Origin: Pirellulales bacterium
Lineage (GTDB): Bacteria; Planctomycetota; Planctomycetia; Pirellulales; PALSA-1355
Assembly (NCBI GenBank): GCA_963733035.1
Contig: CAVTBU010000010.1
Location: 96,001-160,000, forward strand
Reading direction: 5' to 3'
Length of the DNA stretch: 64,000 bases
Below, piece after piece: positions 21,692 through 32,011 of this stretch. How positions within the stretch are numbered: position 1 is the first letter of the stretch; each line of letters opens with the position of its first letter. The notes below the pieces were generated by a model. It worked only from the letters and a program-made list of their open reading frames with translations, ran no database searches and was not told the DNA's origin. The position numbers and the translations under genes were made by a program.

Positions 21692-23575
21692 CTACAGCGG
21701 CTTGCCGTTCCAGCGGACGAACCCTTCCAGCGCGAAGTACTCCGGCAGGCCCATCTGGTTGTAGACCTCGGCCGTGTTGCGGTTGCGGTCTTCGGCACGT
21801 TGCCAGAATTCGCGGGGATCGTCAGGGCCGGGAAACAGGGCTGAGTCCTTTTGCGACTCGTGCATGAAGATCGCTTGTCGCTTTTGACGCAAATCGTGGG
21901 GCGAGAGGGGCACGGCGATTTCAATCTCGTGCGGGGCCCATTCCTGCCATGCGCCGCGGTACAGCAGCACCTCGGGGCGGGCGCCGGTGTCGCGCTCGAG
22001 CTCCCACACCGCGCGGAAGATCGCCTCGGCACAAACGCGGTGCGTGCCGTGCGGATCCGAGAGGTCGCCGGCCACGTAGATCTGCGCGGGCTGTACTTTT
22101 TCGATCAGCCCTCGCACGATGCTCACGTCTTCCTCGGTGATTGGGTTCTTGGCGATCGTGCCGGTGCGATAGAACGGCAGGTCCAAAAAGTGGAGGTGCT
22201 GCTCGCGACAGCCGGCCACCACGGCGCCGGCCTTGGCCTCGCTCCAGCGGATGAGCGATTTGATTTGCAGCACCTCCGGGCTGTCGCTCGCGCCGGCTGC
22301 CTTGGAGGCCAGCGACTCGGCGACTCGTTTTTCGAGTTGTTGCGATTGTTTCTCGTCGATGCCAAACAGGCGGTTGTATTCGGCCACCAGGTCGGCGATG
22401 CGCCAGGCATCGTGATCGAACACGGCGATGTTGCCGCTGGTCATGTAGGCGACGTGCACCTCGTGCTTGTCCTCGACGAGCCGGATGAGCGTGCCACCCA
22501 TCGAAATCACGTCGTCGTCGGGGTGCGGGCTGAAGCAGATCACGCGTTTTGAATCACGGCCGGCCGGGTGGTACTCAATGGTGTCCATCATCCAGCGAAA
22601 CACACGATGCGCGACGCTTTGGGCCGGCCCGTGATGGCGGAGCAGCTGGTGCAGATTGTGCTTGCGGAAGTCGTCGTCATCGAGCTTGAGCAGGGCCTTG
22701 CCCGACTGTTCGCACAACCAGAGGATGGCCCGTTTGATCAACGGATCGGTCCACTCGATCTTGCCCAGCACCCAAGGAGTGGTCGTCGCGGTGAGCTTGC
22801 TGGCGGCGGCGGTATCGAGTAGCAGGGTGGCGTCGGCGTGCTCGCGCAAATAGCAGGCGGGCACGCGCGGCGTGGCGGGGCCTTCGGCCGTTTCGCGAAT
22901 CACGCCGGCCTTGTGCTCACCCTGGGCGATGAGAATGATTTTGCGAGCGTCAAAGATCGTGCCCAGCCCCATCGTGATGGCTTGCGTCGGCACGTTCTCT
23001 TCGCTGAAAAAGTCGCTGGCCGCATCGCGCCGCGTGAGCGGATCGAGCGTACAAACGCGGGTGCGGCTGTCCTTGAGGCTGAACGGCTCGTTGAAGCCGA
23101 TATGCCCGTTGCGGCCGATGCCCAATAGCTGCAGGTCGATGCCACCGGCCTGGCGAATTTTTTCCTCGTACCAGCGGCAGTGTTCGTCGAGCTTGTCGAG
23201 CGGAGTGAGACCGTCGGGGATGAAGATGTTTTCCTCGGGCACATTGACGAAGTTGAACAAATGCTCCTGCATCCAGCGGCGGTAGCTTTGCAGGCGGTCC
23301 GGGCCGAGGCCCAGGTATTCGTCGAGGTTGAACGTGACGACGTTCGAGAAATCGAGTCCTTCTTCCTGATGCAATCGGCCGAGCTCGCGGTAGATTCCCA
23401 CGGGCGTGCTGCCGGTGGGCAGGCCGAGGACGGCTTTTTGCCCGAGCGCCGCGCGATCACGAATGATGCCGGCGATCATGCCGGCCACGTAGCGAGCCAA
23501 CTGCTGGTGCGAATCAAAAACGAAACAGGGCAGGGCAGTGCCGCCAAGCGGCCCCAACGGAGGCGAGTCGATCAT
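21692..23575 (-). CDS. nagB: Glucosamine-6-phosphate deaminase fused to a PIG-L-like deacetylase domain
   Basis: VLGLPTGSTP, FNLDEY, LLGIGRNGHIGFNEP; C-terminal SPHPDDDVISMGG and DPHGTH. Confidence 0.92.
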   Translation of the reverse strand: MIDSPPLGPLGGTALPCFVFDSHQQLARYVAGMIAGIIRDRAALGQKAVLGLPTGSTPVGIYRELGRLHQEEGLDFSNVVTFNLDEYLGLGPDRLQSYRRWMQEHLFNFVNVPEENIFIPDGLTPLDKLDEHCRWYEEKIRQAGGIDLQLLGIGRNGHIGFNEPFSLKDSRTRVCTLDPLTRRDAASDFFSEENVPTQAITMGLGTIFDARKIILIAQGEHKAGVIRETAEGPATPRVPACYLREHADATLLLDTAAASKLTATTTPWVLGKIEWTDPLIKRAILWLCEQSGKALLKLDDDDFRKHNLHQLLRHHGPAQSVAHRVFRWMMDTIEYHPAGRDSKRVICFSPHPDDDVISMGGTLIRLVEDKHEVHVAYMTSGNIAVFDHDAWRIADLVAEYNRLFGIDEKQSQQLEKRVAESLASKAAGASDSPEVLQIKSLIRWSEAKAGAVVAGCREQHLHFLDLPFYRTGTIAKNPITEEDVSIVRGLIEKVQPAQIYVAGDLSDPHGTHRVCAEAIFRAVWELERDTGARPEVLLYRGAWQEWAPHEIEIAVPLSPHDLRQKRQAIFMHESQKDSALFPGPDDPREFWQRAEDRNRNTAEVYNQMGLPEYFALEGFVRWNGKPL

Positions 23576-23679
23576 CGGAGGGTGGTGGTTCTCTAAGCCA
23601 GGTGGAATAGAACCACTGAGTATGGCGAATGCGGTGGCGTGAGGCTAGGGGCGGAGGACAGCGGGTAGTGATGACTACT

Positions 23680-24135
23680 TCATTTGTACGCAATTTTGGC
23701 TGGGCCAGGCACTTCGACTAATCTTTCAGGCGATCCATCCGTTCGGACACAAAATGCGAAGTATTTATCGTCGGACATGGGGGCCGGTGGAACAATTGAG
23801 TCGAAACGGTACATGATTCTGAGTATATAAATTTCATTTGGTACAAGACGTCGCGACATTTGTCCAAAATCTGCAGGCGCTCCTTCATGTAGCTCGACTT
23901 CCACGTCAGCTGGAAGCGAATCAAACAGCTGCTTCCAGATTAGGCTATTGGCACCTTTCACTTGTAGTGACATTCCCCGAATTCCTAGCGTGCGATGACC
24001 TGCTTTGGCTACGAGCCGAATCCGATCGGGACCAGATTTAACCATGCTGACCGAAACACGAGGTGCGCGAAGAAGCGACACGAGCAGGATCATGCCGGCG
24101 ATCATCGCCACCGTAGCTGAAATCCACCATTTCAT
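23680..24135 (-). CDS. Hypothetical protein with N-terminal membrane anchor
   Basis: 151-aa ORF with a hydrophobic N-terminus in visibly AT-richer DNA; no family recognised. Confidence 0.5.
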   Translation of the reverse strand: MKWWISATVAMIAGMILLVSLLRAPRVSVSMVKSGPDRIRLVAKAGHRTLGIRGMSLQVKGANSLIWKQLFDSLPADVEVELHEGAPADFGQMSRRLVPNEIYILRIMYRFDSIVPPAPMSDDKYFAFCVRTDGSPERLVEVPGPAKIAYK

Positions 24136-24234
24136 GTCATCAGCCCGGCTAAGTATGTGTCTTCAACTTGCACGAATCGATGAAAAACGCTACGACTCCG
24201 CACCTTGGGTTGTCAAGTCAAGGAAGACGGAGTC

Positions 24235-24440
24235 ATGGCGATGAGCAAGCACTATCCCAGTGACTTTGCGGACCGACAATGTCAGTTGATTTGTCCGCTG
24301 TTGCCAAAGCCGGCCAAGTGTGGTCGGCCACTGATCGACCGACGAGAGAGCCTCAATGCGGTGCATCACGTGGTGCGCGCGGACAGTTGCCGCTCGACTT
24401 TCCGAAGTGGAAGACCGTTTGCACGGTGTTCCAATCGTGA
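24235..24440 (+). pseudogene. IS5-family transposase N-terminal remnant
   Basis: HYPSDFADRQCQLICPLLPKPAKCGRPLIDRRESLNAV resembles the IS5 YPSDLTDxQW..LLP..GRP..REVLNAI motif; the next frame reads QLPLDFPKWKTV; no DDE domain follows. Confidence 0.75.
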
Positions 24441-24487
24441 TGCACTTCGAACTATTTTTCCGGGCGCCTTCCGTGTGAATAGGTCGT

Positions 24488-24886
24488 TTACGGTGTTGGT
24501 GATGGGGCTGGTCTGTAGGTAGACCAATGAACGCGCGAAAACGTCACCCTCGCCTCTGGATAGGCGGCAGTCACTCGAGCCTTAATTTCATCTGGAAGTC
24601 GATCATCAAGCAGTACGTCGTCTTGCGCTTGATCGCCGAGCCGAGTTCGTAGCCAGGACACACCGCTTGGATTTCTGACCCCAAAGGAGCCTGGCCACAG
24701 TGTTATATCGTTGTAACCATGCGATACCGAGTACTCCGCAGCCGCGCCCATTGCATCGAATCGTTGATGCACCCATTGGTATTGCCTGACCGTCCACCCC
24801 AACGGACCTGCAAGGGTGGCGACAATCAACAATAGCGTCCGCAGACGGAAACGAAACCAGCGGCGGCTAGTGGCGGGCTCGATCAT
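24488..24886 (-). CDS. Hypothetical protein with planctomycete-type 'RWFRFRLRTLL' N-terminus
   Basis: N-terminal motif plus TM; C-terminal AAYPEARV resembles the usual end of such proteins. Confidence 0.6.
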   Translation of the reverse strand: MIEPATSRRWFRFRLRTLLLIVATLAGPLGWTVRQYQWVHQRFDAMGAAAEYSVSHGYNDITLWPGSFGVRNPSGVSWLRTRLGDQAQDDVLLDDRLPDEIKARVTAAYPEARVTFSRVHWSTYRPAPSPTP

Positions 24887-25026
24887 TTTGTCATTCTAGC
24901 AGCAATGACAGGTTTTTCCTTCGGGTCATGATGATCCACAGGATAGGCTTTGGGCGAAACCATGGCGGCTGGGCATTCCGCTCGTTTTCGAGAGTTCAAG
25001 CGTGTCGTAAATTGCGCGCAGGCAAA

Positions 25027-25833
25027 CTACTCGTCCTCGAAATAAGGCGCCTCGCCGACGTCTTCGCCTCCGCCGGTGGTGAGCAGAGCGCGGAGCAGAT
25101 CGGGCGGGGTTGTGTTTTTCATGTGTTCGATGTGGCTGTCGACGAAGGCCACGGTTGCCCCCGCTGGGTGCCGGCTGCCAAAGACGGACGCGCCGGAATC
25201 CGACGCCGCGACGGCTTCCTCGAAACTCAGATCGCGCGGCTCGAGCCAGTTGATGCCAGTGGACGATTCCACGATGGCGATGGTTTCCCGGGGACCATCG
25301 GTCACGTAACGCCGGGTAGGCGTTGGCCCGGTTGGATCCGGCCAGAGAGTCTGCGGTCCGACGACGGCCAGGAAGTGGGTCTCTCCCGGTTCTCCATCGG
25401 CGTTGGGGCACGCGAAGAGACTGGGCATTTGCGCCGAGAGTTCGGCGTTGTGAGAACCGTCCCACGGCTCGTCGAAGTCGTATTGTTCGTAAACTCGCTG
25501 CGCATCCTCGTCGCCAAGATAGGGGAGAATCAGAATCCGCCAACTATGCATCGGACGGCCGTTCTCGTCGACCAGCGCGGCGGGTGGATAGTGACCGTTG
25601 GCCTGTCGATAGTCTTCCAGCGTCATGACAATCTGATGGAGCCGATTCGCGCAGAGGTTTTGCTTGTTTAGGTCGTGTTCTTTGAGTTCATTGGGCACGA
25701 CAATGAAGGCAAAGATGAGCAGGCCGATCACCAGCAGAACGCCGAGCCCGCGAAGATAGCTAGGATTGCCGCTGGAAGCTCGATCCGGCTTATTCGCATT
25801 CACCGGAGGGTTGGGCGATTCGAGGGACCCCAT
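25027..25833 (-). CDS. DUF1559-family protein
   Basis: CANRLHQIVMTLEDY..GHYPPA, MHSWRILILPYL, YDFDEPWD, SRHPAGATVAFVDSH; GAGGT upstream of ATG 25833. Confidence 0.85.
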   Translation of the reverse strand: MGSLESPNPPVNANKPDRASSGNPSYLRGLGVLLVIGLLIFAFIVVPNELKEHDLNKQNLCANRLHQIVMTLEDYRQANGHYPPAALVDENGRPMHSWRILILPYLGDEDAQRVYEQYDFDEPWDGSHNAELSAQMPSLFACPNADGEPGETHFLAVVGPQTLWPDPTGPTPTRRYVTDGPRETIAIVESSTGINWLEPRDLSFEEAVAASDSGASVFGSRHPAGATVAFVDSHIEHMKNTTPPDLLRALLTTGGGEDVGEAPYFEDE

Positions 25834-25999
25834 CACTACCTCGCTTTCCTCAAGAGTTCTGCGTCGTTTCATCTCCTCCGGTAGCTGAAATATTAACACC
25901 CGTTAGTGTGGTGTCAATATGTTCACGTAGATTTGGGAAAATAGCTTGGCCCGTAGCAACGTGTAAGCACGGGTGCCATTCGGCATGCCAATGCAATAG

Positions 26000-26839
26000 C
26001 TAGTAATCCAGGTCCGTCGGAGATACTTGCTCGCCGCCTTGGATCGTTAGAAACGATCGCAGGATGTTGGGCGGAGTTTCGGCGTCGAGGAATTGGACGT
26101 GCGCGTCCACGAATAGGACATTGGCGCCGCGGACGTGCCGACTGCGGATGCCGGGGTGGCCGTTGTCGCGATTGACTCCCTGGATCGCTTCCTGGGGCGT
26201 CAAGTCGCGCGGTTCGAGCCAGTGGATACTGGAACCGGCACTTTCGACGACGGCAATGGTGCGTGCGGGTCGGTCTCGAATGTCGCGCATGCGAACGCCA
26301 TGCTCGCCGGGCCACATGGTTCCGTCGCCCACCACCGCCAGGTAACTCGTCTCGCCGTCGGGCGTGTCGTCGCTGGGGCAACGGTAGATGCTGGGAGTCG
26401 AACTTGCCAATCGTGCGTTGTTCGGTCCGTCCCAGGGTTCGGCGAAGTCGTATTGCTTATAGAGTGCCATTGTTTCCGGGTCGCCGAAAAACGGTAACAG
26501 CAGCGTCCGCCAACTGTGCATCGGGCGTCCTGTTTCATCGACGATATATGCCGGCGGAAACGACTGGTACGTGTCGTGATAATTCTGCATCGCAATCCCG
26601 ATCTGCTTCAGTTGGCCCATGCACGCGTTGCGCCGCGCCGCTTCACGAGCCGCTTGGATCGCCGGCAATAGGAGGGCCACCATGATCATGATGCCGATCA
26701 CCATCACCACGCCCACCGCGCCGAACACGATCAGCAGAATTACGCCGACCGACGGACCGCTCGAGACCTGCGGATAAGGGGGCTGCTGTTGGTGAGGGCC
26801 AGGTTGACCGGGCGGGACAGGAGGAAAGTCGCTGCTCAT
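26000..26839 (-). CDS. DUF1559-family protein
   Basis: [59 protein letters not shown]; Pro/Gln-rich N-terminus. Confidence 0.9.
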   Translation of the reverse strand: MSSDFPPVPPGQPGPHQQQPPYPQVSSGPSVGVILLIVFGAVGVVMVIGIMIMVALLLPAIQAAREAARRNACMGQLKQIGIAMQNYHDTYQSFPPAYIVDETGRPMHSWRTLLLPFFGDPETMALYKQYDFAEPWDGPNNARLASSTPSIYRCPSDDTPDGETSYLAVVGDGTMWPGEHGVRMRDIRDRPARTIAVVESAGSSIHWLEPRDLTPQEAIQGVNRDNGHPGIRSRHVRGANVLFVDAHVQFLDAETPPNILRSFLTIQGGEQVSPTDLDY

Positions 26840-27101
26840 GGTGCCGTTGCCTTCGTGGGTAGTGGCATAAAAGCTTTCCCAGGCGCGATGAATTGCCGCA
26901 CCGCTCGGCTGCCTCATTCCACCCATTAGAGTAAATTGGGGCTCTTCAGGCTATATATGGATTGAAAAACCCGTGATCGCCCATGTGGGTATAGCCATTC
27001 AGCCGGTACTGCGTGCGTGTCAGACGCTAGCCACCAGGCGTCTCCCGCCGCATACTAGCGATTTCCACGTTGCCATCAGAATCCAACAAAGGCTTTCCAC
27101 C

Positions 27102-28517
27102 ATGCACCGCTCGTTCGCCATGTTTCTGCTTTGTTCTGTCTCGCTGGTCGCTTTGCCGTTGGCGACGGGTGCTGAGAACGTTACGGCCGGCTACGGCCAG
27201 GCCGACGTGACGCCGGAGGTGAACGGCAAGGCACCGGTTTTCATCGCCGGATATGGCCAGAACCGCCGGGCCACGGGTGTGCACGATCCGCTCTACGCCC
27301 GGGCGATCGTCGTCTCGGACGGCAAGAAGAAGGTCGCACTGGCGGCGGTCGACGTGGTGGGCTTGCAATATCCCACGGTGCAAGAGATTCGCAAGCGGCT
27401 TGAAGGGTTCGACTATGTGCTCGTGGCCAGCACGCACAACCACGAGGGCCCCGACACGGTCGGCATTTGGGGACCGACGCCATTCAAGAGCGGCGTGGAC
27501 GCGGAGTACATGGAATCGCTGGTTGCCAAAACAGTCGGGGCGATTCAAGCGGCCGACGAGGCGCGCGTACCCGTGGAGGCCAGCTATGGCACCGCGGCCG
27601 ACGGCCGACTGCTGCGCGATAGCCGCGAGCCGTATGTGAAAGACGACGTGCTTCGCGTGGTACGGTTCGACGGCGCGGACAAGAAACCCAGCTGCCTGCT
27701 GGTCAACTGGACATGCCATCCCGAGGCTCTGGCCAGCCGCAACAAAGAGATTACGGCCGACTTTCCGTACTACACGATTCGCGATTTGGAAAAGAGATAC
27801 GGTTGCCCGGTGTTGTACATTTCCGGCGCCGTGGGCGGATTGATGGCACCGCCGCGCGACGTCTATACCAAGGCCGACGGCTCGCCGCTGGAGGACGGCA
27901 ACTTTGAGTATTGCGAGAAGCTCGGCAGCGACGTTGCCAAGCTGGCCGAAAAGGCCATCGACGCGGCCAGCACCGTCAAGCTCCAGCCGATCGTCGTCTC
28001 GGCCAAACCGATTACCGTGCCGCTGGAAAACAAGCTGTACCGCGCGGCGCAGTTGATGGGTGTTCTCAAGCGCGAAGGCTTGCTGTGGACCGGCGATTCC
28101 GAGGAATTCGGCCGTCCCTATAAGCCGGACGACATCAAGCAACAGCTTCTGCCGGCCGGTGTCACCGAGGTGGGCTACGTAGGCTTGGGCGACGTGCACG
28201 TGGCAGGGATTCCCGGCGAGATCTATCCCGAGTTGGTGTACGGCAAAGTGCAGGAGCCGGTCGATCCGGCGGCCGATTTTCCGGATGCCCCGGTGGAGCC
28301 TTCGGTGATGGAAATCCTGCCCGGCAAGAACATGATTTTGGCGGGTCTGGCCAACGACGAGTTGGGCTACATCGTGCCGAAGCGTCAATGGGACGAGAAA
28401 GCGCCGTTCGCCTACGGCCGCAAAGAGAGCCAATACGGCGAAGAAAACAGTTGCGGCCCGCAAATGGCCGCGCTGCTATTGGAAGCGCTCAAGCGCCGCG
28501 TGGCCGAAGCGAAGTGA
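27102..28517 (+). CDS. Secreted neutral/alkaline ceramidase-like hydrolase
   Basis: Signal peptide; GVHDPLYARAIV, ASTHNHEGPD, NWTCHPE, TADFP, IPGEIY, ANDELGYI. Confidence 0.7.
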   Translation: MHRSFAMFLLCSVSLVALPLATGAENVTAGYGQADVTPEVNGKAPVFIAGYGQNRRATGVHDPLYARAIVVSDGKKKVALAAVDVVGLQYPTVQEIRKRLEGFDYVLVASTHNHEGPDTVGIWGPTPFKSGVDAEYMESLVAKTVGAIQAADEARVPVEASYGTAADGRLLRDSREPYVKDDVLRVVRFDGADKKPSCLLVNWTCHPEALASRNKEITADFPYYTIRDLEKRYGCPVLYISGAVGGLMAPPRDVYTKADGSPLEDGNFEYCEKLGSDVAKLAEKAIDAASTVKLQPIVVSAKPITVPLENKLYRAAQLMGVLKREGLLWTGDSEEFGRPYKPDDIKQQLLPAGVTEVGYVGLGDVHVAGIPGEIYPELVYGKVQEPVDPAADFPDAPVEPSVMEILPGKNMILAGLANDELGYIVPKRQWDEKAPFAYGRKESQYGEENSCGPQMAALLLEALKRRVAEAK

Positions 28518-28564
28518 TTCGCTTTCCACGAGTTCGCGGACGAGTGATTACCTTGCATTTTTTA

Positions 28565-28592
28565 TTGACATTCGTTTAGCGTCAGGTATTTT
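28565..28592 (+). promoter_or_regulatory. Possible sigma70 promoter upstream of the PEP-CTERM gene
   Basis: TTGACA (28565-28570), 16 nt, TATTTT in an AT-rich intergenic tract. Confidence 0.3.
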
Positions 28593-28816
28593 AGGGTTGG
28601 GTTTGAATTTTTTGAGGACGCGCAAAAGCGCGGCCTGGCTCGCGAGAAACGCCGATCGCCGCACGGGAATTTGTCGCACATTAAGTTGCGCATCTTCCTT
28701 TCTATCCTGCAAAGTTCGAATCAACCAAGCGTATTCATGCGCTCGAACTTCCTTGTTTTCCCCGACTGGCGTTGGTGTATTTGGTGGGCTGTGAACGTCG
28801 TATCGGAAAAAGTGAC

Positions 28817-29515
28817 ATGAAAGTATCACTCAGCTCTTGGATTCAAAGGTGGCTGTACGGTTCGAATCACCGTCGACGTATCGTCAAGCAAACAGCCGCG
28901 TGTCTCGCGATTTCGCTGGCCACGGCGTGGGTCGCTCCGAGCGAAGCGGCGACGATTCATTTGGAGGTCGCGCCCGCGCAAGACATCACTAATGCCTGGG
29001 TGGGGTATCTGAACAAGAATACTTCAAGCGCATATTTCTATCAGCTGGGTACACTGCCCGGCGGACAGATTAGCGCGTTCGATACCGAGTTTCCTGGCGT
29101 ACCTATTAGTGATTTTATATCTGGGCCTCCACCAGATCCCTTCTTATACGCGGCATATTGCATCGTGGGGGTGTATAGCGACGGAACGGTTAACGGCATC
29201 ACGGCGAGTTCAGCGGATGATGCGCCAATCGTCAACGGCGATACGTGGGATTCTCATCTTGGTCACTACTTCGGATCCCATGACGAACAGAATGTCGCTG
29301 ATACCTTGGCGAGTGGCAGCAGTTTTTGGGTGAGTAATTTTGAGAATCCGTACACAGACGTCCAGTTCGGTACGCAGGCAGTCTTGGTCAACTATTCGAC
29401 CGCAGCGTTTGGTGGTACGGCCATAGCTACCGTTGTGCCAGAACCGTGTACTTGGGCGCTGCTTTCCCTAGGTGCAGGCGCATGGTTGTGCTTTGCCCGC
29501 CGCCACCGCGATTAG
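28817..29515 (+). CDS. PEP-CTERM sorting-signal protein
   Basis: Signal peptide ending SEA-AT; Ser/Thr/Gly/aromatic-rich body; C-terminal VPEPCTWALLSLGAGAWLCFARRHRD. Confidence 0.85.
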   Translation: MKVSLSSWIQRWLYGSNHRRRIVKQTAACLAISLATAWVAPSEAATIHLEVAPAQDITNAWVGYLNKNTSSAYFYQLGTLPGGQISAFDTEFPGVPISDFISGPPPDPFLYAAYCIVGVYSDGTVNGITASSADDAPIVNGDTWDSHLGHYFGSHDEQNVADTLASGSSFWVSNFENPYTDVQFGTQAVLVNYSTAAFGGTAIATVVPEPCTWALLSLGAGAWLCFARRHRD

Positions 29516-29519
29516 CGCG

Positions 29520-30653
29520 ATGTCTACGTTGTCTGTGACGATGATCGCCAAGAACGAAGAGCGGAACCTACCGCGGGCATTGGCTAGCTTGCGCGGCGTG
29601 GCCGACGAAATCATCGTCACCGATACCGGCTCGACCGACCGCACGAGCGAAATAGCGAGGGAGCTTGGTGCCCGAGTTGCACAGTTTGATTGGGTCGACG
29701 ACTTCTCGGCCGCCCACAACTACTGCAATAGTCTTGCCACGTGTGATTGGCTGTTCATGCTCGACTGCGACGAAGAATTGTTGGCAGAGAGCCGTGACGA
29801 ACTTGTGCGGTGCCTTGCGGACTGTCATGCCTTCGCTTTCGGCGTGATTCGCCAGGACCTTTTCGAGGAAGAGCGGCTCGACTATTTCGCCGAGATGCGG
29901 CAAGTTCGGCTTTATCGAAACGAACTGGACTTGAAGTTCAAGGGGCGGTTTCATCATCAGCCGTCGCCGCCGCTATTCGAGACCGCGGCTCAAAAGGGTA
30001 TGGAAGTGCGTGAGTCGCAGGTCCGTATTCGCCACTTTGGCTACGTGGCCTCCAAGCAGGCGGATAAGAACCGCCGTGCGGTCCATTTGCTTTCGCTAGA
30101 ACTAAACGACCGGCCCGGCCAGTTTTACTACCTGGTCGAACTCGGACTGTCCATGTTGGCGTTAGGTGACGCGCAGGGCAGAGAACGGTTGGCGGAGGCC
30201 GCTCGTATGATTGTCGATGGCGACCCGCAGGTCGCCGCATGTCCCGGTCCGTGTTCGATGCTGCTTGAATTTGTATTGGCCTGCGACACGCTGCCGCCCG
30301 ATTTTCCACTTTCGCGTAGCCAAGCCCGCGCGTTGGCACAAAAACACTTTCCGGCCTCGATCCCACTCGTGTGGCAGATTGCCAATGAAGCGTACCGTGC
30401 GGGTCGCTTTGCCGAATGCGCAAGCCTGCTGGAGAGAATCTTGAGAATGGGCGAGGCGGGGTGTTACGATCGGACGATCAGCTTCAACCCTGCGATCATG
30501 GGCGATGATACCCGACTGAACTTAGGCGTGTGTTACACTCGTTTAGGCAAGCTCAAAGCGGCCGGGCGAATGTTTCGCAAGCTCATCGACAGCCCGACCC
30601 GTGGCACGCAGGCCGCCGAAAACTTACGTGCGATTCGCAAGCTTGCCCGTTAG
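29520..30653 (+). CDS. Glycosyltransferase family 2 with TPR-like C-terminus
   Basis: LSVTMIAKNEERNL, DEIIVTDTGSTDRT, WVDDFSAAHN, WLFMLDCDE, IRHFGY; helical repeats downstream. Confidence 0.88.
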   Translation: MSTLSVTMIAKNEERNLPRALASLRGVADEIIVTDTGSTDRTSEIARELGARVAQFDWVDDFSAAHNYCNSLATCDWLFMLDCDEELLAESRDELVRCLADCHAFAFGVIRQDLFEEERLDYFAEMRQVRLYRNELDLKFKGRFHHQPSPPLFETAAQKGMEVRESQVRIRHFGYVASKQADKNRRAVHLLSLELNDRPGQFYYLVELGLSMLALGDAQGRERLAEAARMIVDGDPQVAACPGPCSMLLEFVLACDTLPPDFPLSRSQARALAQKHFPASIPLVWQIANEAYRAGRFAECASLLERILRMGEAGCYDRTISFNPAIMGDDTRLNLGVCYTRLGKLKAAGRMFRKLIDSPTRGTQAAENLRAIRKLAR

Positions 30654-30726
30654 CATGGCCGGACGACAGGCGACAAACTCTGCACGGCGGCGCACCTCGA
30701 AAAAACATATCTATCGACGTGGCCGC

Positions 30727-31872
30727 TTAGACGTCTCGCGTGAGGGCCATATTGTCGCGGTGAACGACTTCGTCGTAGGGGCAGCGGCCCAGGACGCCGG
30801 CGATTTGCTCGGTCTTCAGGCCTTTGATTTTCAGGACGTCGTCGATGGCATAGTTCGTCAGGCCGCGGGCGAATTCGTCGCCTTTGGCATCCTGGAGCGA
30901 AACGATATCTCCCTTCTTGAAGCTGCCGCTGGCGCTCGCAATGCCGATGGCCAGCAGGCTGCGCCCCTTTTTTTCGATGGCTTCCCGCGCTCCGGCATCG
31001 AGCACCAGCACGCCGCGCGGCTGAGCGGTGAAACCGATCCAGCGTTTGAACGAGCGGATGGATTGCCCCTGCGCCAGGAACAGTGTGCCGACCGACTCGC
31101 CGGCCACAATTCTTGCCAGGTTTCCGACGGTGCGGCCGTTGGCAATGATCACGTTTTCGCCGGCGGTGGTGGCGATTCGGGCGGCTTCGAGCTTGCTGGC
31201 CATACCCCCTTTGCTCAACCCGGTGACGCTGTCGCGCACGAGTTTGAAAACCGACTCGTCGAGACGGGGAACCGTCGGAATCAATTTCGACTTCGAATCG
31301 CCGGGATCGCCGTCAAAGAGGCCGTCGACGTCGGACAGCAGTACGAGCAATGGGGCACGAATCAGGTTGGTGACCATCGCGGCCAGGCGATCGTTGTCGC
31401 CGAAGGTGGTCATCAGCTCGTCGACGCTGACGGTGTCGTTTTCATTGATGATCGGCAGGGCGCCAAATTCGAAGATCGCCCGAATCGTATTGCGAACGTT
31501 GAGGTATGCCGTGCGGTCGTCGAGATCGCGGGCAGTAAGCAATAGTTGGGCCGCATGCCTGCCGTGCTGCCGCAAGCCGCGGTCGTAGGCTTCCATTAGG
31601 TGACTCTGTCCCACGGCGGCGACGGCCTGCAACTCGGCCAGGTTGTTGGGGCGTTTCGACAGGCCGAGTTGGCCGAGCCCCGCGCCGACCGCGCCGGAGG
31701 TGACCAGCACGACGTGGCGGCCCGTGTCCATGAGTTCGTGCAGCTCGGCGGCCAATGCCTCGATGCGCTCGCGGTTGAGCAAACCGCCGGCACCGGTGAG
31801 CACGCGCGTGCCGACCTTGACCACGATTGTGTGGGCGGCGGTGGCAACTTCCTGACATACGAGTTCGGTCAT
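30727..31872 (-). CDS. proB: Glutamate 5-kinase
   Basis: IVVKVGT, LVTSGAVGAG, PIINENDTV, FGDNDRL, GGMASKL, PUA domain. Confidence 0.96.
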   Translation of the reverse strand: MTELVCQEVATAAHTIVVKVGTRVLTGAGGLLNRERIEALAAELHELMDTGRHVVLVTSGAVGAGLGQLGLSKRPNNLAELQAVAAVGQSHLMEAYDRGLRQHGRHAAQLLLTARDLDDRTAYLNVRNTIRAIFEFGALPIINENDTVSVDELMTTFGDNDRLAAMVTNLIRAPLLVLLSDVDGLFDGDPGDSKSKLIPTVPRLDESVFKLVRDSVTGLSKGGMASKLEAARIATTAGENVIIANGRTVGNLARIVAGESVGTLFLAQGQSIRSFKRWIGFTAQPRGVLVLDAGAREAIEKKGRSLLAIGIASASGSFKKGDIVSLQDAKGDEFARGLTNYAIDDVLKIKGLKTEQIAGVLGRCPYDEVVHRDNMALTRDV

Positions 31873-32011
31873 GACGGGGGACTAGGAATACTGATTGCGG
31901 ATCGCGCAGGTGGTCGACTTGTCGCGTGTTTGACCCTGACATCATATCGCCTGCCTGATGACGCAAAAGGTCACTCGGGCATCTGCCACCCGTGAAATCC
32001 GAAGCGAACGG

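Noticed and set aside
21692..23575. NagB-deacetylase fusion as a novelty
   Set aside because: This long NagB architecture is already known, for example in Bacteroidota
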